Shown: piece after piece, positions 33,290-38,111 of the stretch | How positions within the stretch are numbered: position 1 is the first letter of the stretch | How the letters are laid out: the number at the start of each line of letters is the position of its first letter | From: a virus | IMG/VR virus record: IMGVR_UViG_3300045988_094968 | Span: 1-38,111 of that record | Strand: one strand, 5' to 3' | DNA length: 38,111 bases | The notes under the pieces: model-generated | What the model was told of the DNA's origin: nothing | What the model saw: only the letters and a program-made list of their open reading frames with translations | The model's database searches: none | Position numbers and translations under genes: made by a program

Positions 33290-33619
33290 GTGAGCAGATT
33301 TCCTCCTGCCGCATACAGATACTTCGACAGCCTCAGGCTGCTGTACGCACGGTACAAGTATGACAATCTCAGCAAAGAAGATGCGGCGGCGGAAAAGCAG
33401 AAGCTGCTTGCGCAGTATAACGAGGCTACAGCCGCTGTTATGGGAATGAAAAGCGCTTATCAGTATTATCAGGACAACATACGCAAGGCAGGCTCGCTGC
33501 TGTCACAAATTGAGAAATCACATGATATTGCAGAAATAGCAATGCTCGCCTGCGAGTGCATAGGAATGATGACGAACGACACAGGTTTCTTGAAAAGGCA
33601 GAAAAGTAAATTTGAATAG
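33290..33619 (+). CDS. Hypothetical protein; the true start is probably upstream (frame open from 33215)
   Basis: The track start is GTG 33290 with no RBS. GGGAGGTGA at 33205-33213 precedes in-frame ATA codons at 33218 and 33221. Confidence 0.55.
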   Translation: MSRFPPAAYRYFDSLRLLYARYKYDNLSKEDAAAEKQKLLAQYNEATAAVMGMKSAYQYYQDNIRKAGSLLSQIEKSHDIAEIAMLACECIGMMTNDTGFLKRQKSKFE

Positions 33620-33722
33620 GCAAAGGAGCAGGAAGATGAAAGGATGAAATAATCAAAAGGCATTATGATATTGTATTCGGTTCAGAACGGAATGCAATAA
33701 ATTAAAAGAAAGCGAGAGTATT

Positions 33723-33929
33723 ATGGAAAAGTTTAAAATAGGTGATAAAGTAAAATTAAAAGACGATTTAATAGTTGGAAATTGTTACGGGGGTGTTCGT
33801 CTTTATCCAGGTATGAAACAGTGGTTTGACGAACGTAAAACTGCTGTCGTGGCAGAGACCAAAATGCGTGTAGCACGGTTTTCAGACGACGGATATTATT
33901 ATTCGCTTGAAATGTTAGAAAAAATTTAA
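33723..33929 (+). CDS. Hypothetical small protein (68 aa)
   Basis: ORF with a weak RBS. 'KIGDKVKLKDDL' looks SH3-like. Confidence 0.5.
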   Translation: MEKFKIGDKVKLKDDLIVGNCYGGVRLYPGMKQWFDERKTAVVAETKMRVARFSDDGYYYSLEMLEKI

Positions 33930-33953
33930 TACAGCATTAGGGAGGTTTAAAAA

Positions 33954-34280
33954 ATGGCAAGTATCAAGGATTTAAAGAGAATGTGCGAAATGCAGGAGCA
34001 TTGCACTACTGATTGTCCGTTATGCAGGGAGAATGTTTCGTGTCTGCCAGAGTCACTACCCGACAACGCTGACGAAATAGTTGACGAGTGGGTGGCTGAA
34101 CACCCTGTAAAGACGTATGCTACGGATTTTTTCAGTAAATTTCCAGACGCACAACGCAAGGCAACAACAGGAATTCCGATTCCATGTATTAGGGTGATTT
34201 ATTCTGAATTTTATGATAGAGAGTGCCCAAAGGGGGGCTGTTACGAATGTTGGAACAGGAGGATGAAGGAAGATGAATAA
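33954..34280 (+). CDS. Cys-rich hypothetical protein (108 aa)
   Basis: RBS AGGGAGGT. 'CTTDCPLC...CYECW'. Confidence 0.55.
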   Translation: MASIKDLKRMCEMQEHCTTDCPLCRENVSCLPESLPDNADEIVDEWVAEHPVKTYATDFFSKFPDAQRKATTGIPIPCIRVIYSEFYDRECPKGGCYECWNRRMKEDE

Positions 34281-34869
34281 TCAAGAAATCAAAGAATACT
34301 GCAATCACATTTTTGCTACACATAAAGCAACATTGATTCAGGACACCGATCGTTACTGCATAATTGACTGGCGCAGAGCAGACGGAAGTAGCAACTGCTA
34401 CGTCAACTACATAGTTGACAAAAAACGCGGTAGTCTGATTGTAAGCGGAGATCTGGGAGATTCTATAGCAACATGGTTCAATGCAGTCACGCCAGCAAAG
34501 CTAAAAGGATATATCCATAATGATGTAGAATATTACATTGGCAAATTCCAGTGCACTTCGGACAAATATGCACAGGATGCAGATGATGTAGTTGAAGACA
34601 TAAAAGAGTATGTTGATGACGATGAACTGAGAGCCGCATTTCTGGAGAGTGAAAATGAGGTATTTGATACACCTGAAGAAATGTGGGAAGAAGTAGAAAA
34701 CGAAGTATATTCGTGTATATACGGTGATGATTTTATTCCGTCAGACCGCTTGAATGAACTTTTCCCTGAAAGTTGGGAATGGCTTCCACATTGTGGGCAA
34801 AGAATAAAACTTCGCTGCTATATGTGGGCAGAGGGATTCTATATGGCGTGCGAGCGGCTTGGGATATAA
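34273..34869 (+). CDS. Hypothetical protein (198 aa)
   Basis: RBS GAAGGAAG. Overlaps the upstream stop. Confidence 0.6.
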   Translation: MNNQEIKEYCNHIFATHKATLIQDTDRYCIIDWRRADGSSNCYVNYIVDKKRGSLIVSGDLGDSIATWFNAVTPAKLKGYIHNDVEYYIGKFQCTSDKYAQDADDVVEDIKEYVDDDELRAAFLESENEVFDTPEEMWEEVENEVYSCIYGDDFIPSDRLNELFPESWEWLPHCGQRIKLRCYMWAEGFYMACERLGI

Positions 34870-34878
34870 GGAGGACAA

Positions 34879-35049
34879 ATGAAAACACGAATATTTGTGA
34901 TCCGCAACGGCGATTATGGTACATATGTACATACATCAATGACCAAAATCAAAGCGTTCACGTCATATTATGGTGCGCTACAGTATATGCGGTTCCACGG
35001 ATTAAACGAAAACATCTACAAGGTCGAGGTGTGGATATGGGAGAGATGA
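34879..35049 (+). CDS. Small protein (56 aa), not in the ORF track
   Basis: AAGGAGGA lies 3-4 nt before ATG 34879. The product begins MKTRIFVIRNGDYGTYVHTSMTKIKAF. Confidence 0.45.
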   Translation: MKTRIFVIRNGDYGTYVHTSMTKIKAFTSYYGALQYMRFHGLNENIYKVEVWIWER

Positions 35050-35453
35050 AAATCAAAGACTTACGCCAATATCGGACTATATGTGCTGAAATTGATTATA
35101 TAGACAGCAAGCTGAAAGGTAGCAAGATCCATGTAAGTGATTCGGTTCAGTCTGCGGCTAAACATCCATACAGCCTTCACAACGTGCGGATCGAAGGGGA
35201 TATATATGAATGCTCATCACCGTCGCTTCTTGCAAAACGGCAAGACCTTATTGCACAGAAGGAAAGCATTGAGCAATTTATAAACAGCATTCCAATTTTC
35301 AAGATACGGAGAGCACTCGAACTATACTGTATTGAACCTTTGGGTGAGAATCTTGTATCACCAACTTGGGAAGATGTTGCAGACGCTATGGCAGACGGCA
35401 GTACAGCAGCGGCTTTAAAAATGGCAGCGAAAAGATTTTTAGAAAAATCCTGA
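35037..35453 (+). CDS. Late-gene transcriptional regulator candidate (sigma-70 region-4-like / DUF1492-ArpU-RinA class)
   Basis: ATG 35037 follows GAGGTG; the track ORF from 34773 overlaps two upstream genes. The C-terminal HTH-like segment is 'WEDVADAMADGSTAAALKMAAKRFLEK'. It is the last early gene before the packaging module. Confidence 0.6.
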   Translation: MGEMKIKDLRQYRTICAEIDYIDSKLKGSKIHVSDSVQSAAKHPYSLHNVRIEGDIYECSSPSLLAKRQDLIAQKESIEQFINSIPIFKIRRALELYCIEPLGENLVSPTWEDVADAMADGSTAAALKMAAKRFLEKS

Positions 35454-35456
35454 TTT

Positions 35457-35499
35457 TGTTACTAATGTTACACATGTTACGAATAAGGTGTGGTATAAT
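35457..35499 (+). promoter_or_regulatory. Three phased TGTTAC repeats plus an extended -10 promoter (TGgTATAAT)
   Basis: TGTTAC at 35457, 35466 and 35475 (9-nt period). TG at 35491-35492 and TATAAT at 35494-35499. Confidence 0.45.
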
Positions 35500-35544
35500 T
35501 ACAATGGGATTAAAGTAAATTCCGAACCCCAACTCCTTTTTTTG

Positions 35545-35585
35545 TCAGACCGCTCAATTATTGCGCGGTCTGATTATTTATTTTG
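35545..35585 (+). terminator. Rho-independent terminator
   Basis: TCAGACCGC-(11 nt)-GCGGTCTGA followed by TTATTTATTTT. Confidence 0.6.
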
Positions 35586-35605
35586 CCAAAAAATCACGGT
35601 TTGTA

Positions 35606-35634
35606 TTGAAATATGTGTTGCCTTATGGTAGAAT
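35606..35634 (+). promoter_or_regulatory. Near-consensus promoter TTGAAA-N17-(TGg)TAGAAT for the two-gene cassette
   Basis: Hexamers at 35606-35611 and 35629-35634, with TG at 35626-35627. Confidence 0.6.
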
Positions 35635-35662
35635 GTAGAAAAGGATATTGGGGGTAATACAA

Positions 35663-36727
35663 ATGAAAAATATATCATTATGCTTTTATCAGTTTTCAGT
35701 TTTTAAAACTGTTAAAAAAAACGGGAAAGAAACTGAAGTTAGCGTCTGCCTTGATGATATTAATGGTGAAAGCATTGCAAATTGTGTTTACACATTTTTG
35801 AGAAGAAATGTTGATAAATATGAAGATGACAAGGAGAAGGAAAAGGTTTATAAACCTGATAGTGCAGAAGTTAAGACTGCGAGTATAAATAACCATTTTT
35901 ATTTCGGAGCTCTTCATGCAATAATAAAATCAGGAGATTATGGAATTGAAGTGGAAATCGTTGATCCTGAAACAGGAGAGAAAACACATACTCAAGCTAA
36001 AAAAGAAGCAGGAGTAATGCCATTTGGTTTTTCAATATATTATTCTAAAATTAGTAGAGAAGGAATATTGATTTCGCAGACATTCGGCAATAGAGGAATG
36101 TTCAGTCATTTGAAGGGCATACTTGAAGATTCGGTTAGATTATTTATGCCTAATGCCAGCGTTATAGTGAAATGTGTAGTTCCTGATATCTATTTTCAGA
36201 ATCTCATGAACTCAAAAGAGATGCAGTCTATTGTAGTAGAAACAAAGAAAAAAACTACTAAAGATTTAGATGAGCAGTGTCCATTGGTTGATTATGAATC
36301 TCGAGAGCATGTGTATAAAAAGCCAATATTTAAAATAGGATATAAGGAAAAATTGATAAACTTATTTACAAAAAGAGAGCCACTCGCTATAATAAACGGG
36401 CTTGTGGATCCAGATGAAGCAGTCGAAAATGTTAAAATCAACTTTAAATCTAACTCGCGATATAAGACAGTAAACTATTTAACGTATTTTTCTTTAAAAG
36501 TTGCTGAAGATATAACAGGAAGTGTGAAGACCAACATTGAAACAGGTCACCCACAAAAAGAGAGTTTATTTGAACAAATGGATAAAAAGGCAATTTTTTA
36601 TATGGAAGATTTAAATATCATTATGCCCAAAAGCTCACATGAATCAATTGACTACATTGGAGATTCGTTTTTTTATTTGAAATCAGATGAGGTGGTCGAA
36701 AAAAATGTATCTGCTGTCAAAAGCTAG
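35663..36727 (+). CDS. Unknown soluble protein (354 aa), first gene of the AT-rich cassette
   Basis: ATG 35663 (the track TTG at 35648 is less likely). No P-loop or HTH was seen. The only motif-like feature is 'VVPD-x18-VVETK' (PD-(D/E)xK-like, weak). Confidence 0.7.
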   Translation: MKNISLCFYQFSVFKTVKKNGKETEVSVCLDDINGESIANCVYTFLRRNVDKYEDDKEKEKVYKPDSAEVKTASINNHFYFGALHAIIKSGDYGIEVEIVDPETGEKTHTQAKKEAGVMPFGFSIYYSKISREGILISQTFGNRGMFSHLKGILEDSVRLFMPNASVIVKCVVPDIYFQNLMNSKEMQSIVVETKKKTTKDLDEQCPLVDYESREHVYKKPIFKIGYKEKLINLFTKREPLAIINGLVDPDEAVENVKINFKSNSRYKTVNYLTYFSLKVAEDITGSVKTNIETGHPQKESLFEQMDKKAIFYMEDLNIIMPKSSHESIDYIGDSFFYLKSDEVVEKNVSAVKS

Positions 36728-37259
36728 TCAATTACTTACAAATGCGCATTTTTACATTATATTGGCTATTTTATGTTTTGTTATTAGCTCAGGTAAAAAA
36801 TATGTTAATATTTCAAGAATTGTAAAAGCATACTATGAAGAATTTATTTATAAAAATAGATCAACGATATTAATTATCATTGTTATACCAGTTTGTTTGG
36901 CAAATGCGCTAAATTTAGAGATAGTACTTGATGAAAAAACAACGGAAACGATTTGCGTAATAATTTCAATACTAATGTCATTGTTTTTTACTTATTTGTC
37001 ATATTTTCAAGATAGTGAAAAAAAGGAATATAAAGATTATAATTTTAAAAGAATACATGATCAATATTTGAAAGAGACCAAGGCCGTAGCTTCTTACGAG
37101 ATCTTAATTAGTGTATTATTGCTTGTTATATGCTTTGTATATCCAATGATTAGAAATGGACTAATAAAAGAATTTATCAGCGGCATAGTTTATTTCTTAT
37201 TATTTCATATGTTAATGAATTTGTTGATTTTGTTAAAAAGACATAATAATAATTTATAA
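36705..37259 (+). CDS. Polytopic membrane protein (184 aa, about 5 TM), second gene of the cassette
   Basis: ATG 36705 lies 9 nt after GAGGTGG and overlaps the upstream gene by 23 nt. There are five hydrophobic stretches (e.g. 'STILIIIVIPVCLANALNL', 'FISGIVYFLLFHMLMNLLILL'). Confidence 0.7.
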   Translation: MYLLSKASQLLTNAHFYIILAILCFVISSGKKYVNISRIVKAYYEEFIYKNRSTILIIIVIPVCLANALNLEIVLDEKTTETICVIISILMSLFFTYLSYFQDSEKKEYKDYNFKRIHDQYLKETKAVASYEILISVLLLVICFVYPMIRNGLIKEFISGIVYFLLFHMLMNLLILLKRHNNNL

Positions 37260-37268
37260 GCATAATTT

Positions 37269-37299
37269 AACCGCTCTCCTATAGGAGAGTGGTTTTCTT
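37269..37299 (+). terminator. Hairpin terminator closing the cassette
   Basis: AACCGCTCTCC-TATA-GGAGAGTGGTT (11 bp with one G.U) followed by TTCTT. Confidence 0.55.
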
Positions 37300-37322
37300 A
37301 TTACAGAAAGTGCGGTGATAGT

Positions 37323-37766
37323 TTGAAAAAAGCCTGTCGATACTGCGGAAAATATCACGACCGTGGTGAGACGTGCCCGAAAAAGCCTAAGTATTTCTGT
37401 GACGCTTCAAGCGCGGAGTACAAATTCAGGAGTAGCTTTAAGTGGAGAGTAAAGCGCGAGGAGATAAAGAAACGGGATAATTACCAGTGCCTTGCCTGTC
37501 GTGCAAATCTTTCCGGAACGATTCGCAGGTTCAACCCGTATGAATTATCTGTGCATCACATCACACCACTGCGGGAAGACATTTCAATGGGACTTAATGA
37601 CGGTAATTTAATTACTCTGTGCAGATATCACCACGAGCAGGCAGAAAGAGGAAAAATTCCGCGAAAAATTCTTTTTGATCTTGTTAAAAATTTACAGTGT
37701 ATCCCCCCCTACCCCTTAGATGTTGAATTTTCAAAACGCGCCGACACCAAGGAATGGGGTCTGTAA
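37323..37766 (+). CDS. HNH endonuclease (packaging-associated)
   Basis: TTG start. 'CRYCGK...YQCLAC...SVHHITPL...NLITLCRYHHEQAE'. It lies directly upstream of terS, as in HK97-like cos phages. Confidence 0.88.
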   Translation: MKKACRYCGKYHDRGETCPKKPKYFCDASSAEYKFRSSFKWRVKREEIKKRDNYQCLACRANLSGTIRRFNPYELSVHHITPLREDISMGLNDGNLITLCRYHHEQAERGKIPRKILFDLVKNLQCIPPYPLDVEFSKRADTKEWGL

Positions 37767-37803
37767 ATAATAAATTCCCTAAATGAATGAAAGGAGGAGA
37801 AAA

Positions 37804-38111
37804 ATGGCAAGACCTGCAATGTCAGCGAAGATAACATCCAAACATCTGACCAGTGCGGAGAAGAATGCAAAGCTCGAAGCTGAAGAAAGAATTCGCGGAA
37901 ACGCCGACAGGCTGAGACCGCTGCCACATCTGAACAAGGAACAAAAAAAGATATTCCGTTTCATTGTTACTGAACTTAAAAACAGCGGAATCCTCAGCAA
38001 TCTTGATACAGTCGTTCTTTCGGACTGCGCTGTTTGTATTGAGCGGCTGTCAGAGGTGGAGCGAACTATGAACGAGAACCCCGACAAGAGGTTTGACGGC
38101 ACGCTGCTTAA
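37804..38111 (+). CDS. terS: Terminase small subunit, 5' portion (open at the window end; continues at position 56 after removing the overlap)
   Basis: AAAGGAGGAG lies 5 nt before ATG 37804. The frame stays open to the window end, and its last 55 nt equal positions 1-55. Confidence 0.75.
   Translation, partial: MARPAMSAKITSKHLTSAEKNAKLEAEERIRGNADRLRPLPHLNKEQKKIFRFIVTELKNSGILSNLDTVVLSDCAVCIERLSEVERTMNENPDKRFDGTLL
38057..38111. repeat. Terminal overlap copy 2 (identical to 1-55)
   Basis: Exact 55-nt identity with the window start. Confidence 0.95.

Larger units (their letters stand above)
1..38056. mobile_element. Complete temperate phage genome (circular unit 38,056 bp; siphovirus-like, HK97-type head module)
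   Basis: Full set of packaging, head, tail, lysis, lysogeny and replication modules. Bases 1-55 are identical to 38057-38111, and the terS ORF reads continuously across that junction. Confidence 0.85.

Noticed and set aside
34773-35036. 88-codon extension of the late-regulator ORF
   Set aside because: It overlaps the 198-aa gene and the RBS-supported 56-aa ORF. The internal ATG at 35037 has its own GAGGTG.
1-38111. Search for tRNA/tmRNA genes, a reverse transcriptase (DGR/retron), cas genes, transposases and classic toxin-antitoxin pairs
   Set aside because: None was recognisable. No RT motif (YxDD) ORF, no cloverleaf-like segments in the intergenic regions, and no DDE or IS-type ORFs were seen by eye. 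A tRNA scan would be needed to be certain.

Overview
The window is a complete, circularly closed temperate siphovirus-type phage genome. It has an HK97-like head module and a long-tail module. The host looks like a Firmicute, judging by strong GGAGG-type RBSs and sigma-A-like promoters. Bases 1-55 are identical to 38057-38111, so the true unit is 38,056 bp, and the small-terminase gene is split across the window ends.

Gene order:
- Packaging and head: terS (wraps the junction), terL, portal, prohead protease, major capsid.
- Head-tail joining and tail: connector genes, major tail protein, G/GT chaperones with a textbook -1 frameshift site, tape measure, Dit, a beta-helix-like protein, Tal, fibre.
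- Lysis: holin and M15 endolysin.
- Lysogeny module on the minus strand: large serine integrase, a 133-aa ORF, a membrane-anchored DEDDh exonuclease, and a LexA-like CI repressor.
- Switch region with several small minus-strand genes that each have near-consensus promoters.
- Early and replication genes: PcfK/PcfJ-like pair, Gp157-like, AAA ATPase, SF2 helicase, VRR-NUC, DUF669-like, primase-helicase, and an iteron/AT-rich putative origin.
- A sigma-r4-like late regulator, an AT-rich two-gene cassette, and an HNH endonuclease.

All family names come from motif and synteny recognition by eye. No searches were run.

Best candidates for something new:
1. Two CRISPR-repeat-like units (type I-C-like, ending GAGTTGAAAT) with no cas genes, at 19368-19473 in the lysogeny module. 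They could be a mini-array or an RNA anti-CRISPR-like element.
2. A self-contained AT-rich two-gene cassette at 35606-37299. It encodes an unknown 354-aa protein and an overlapping 5-TM protein, has its own promoter and flanking terminators, and sits between the late regulator and the packaging genes. It is a candidate defence or abortive-infection system.
3. A portal protein with an AT-rich C-terminal cargo domain, followed by a tiny acidic ORF and a terminator. This looks like a toxin/immunity cassette.
4. A membrane-anchored 3'-5' exonuclease next to the repressor.
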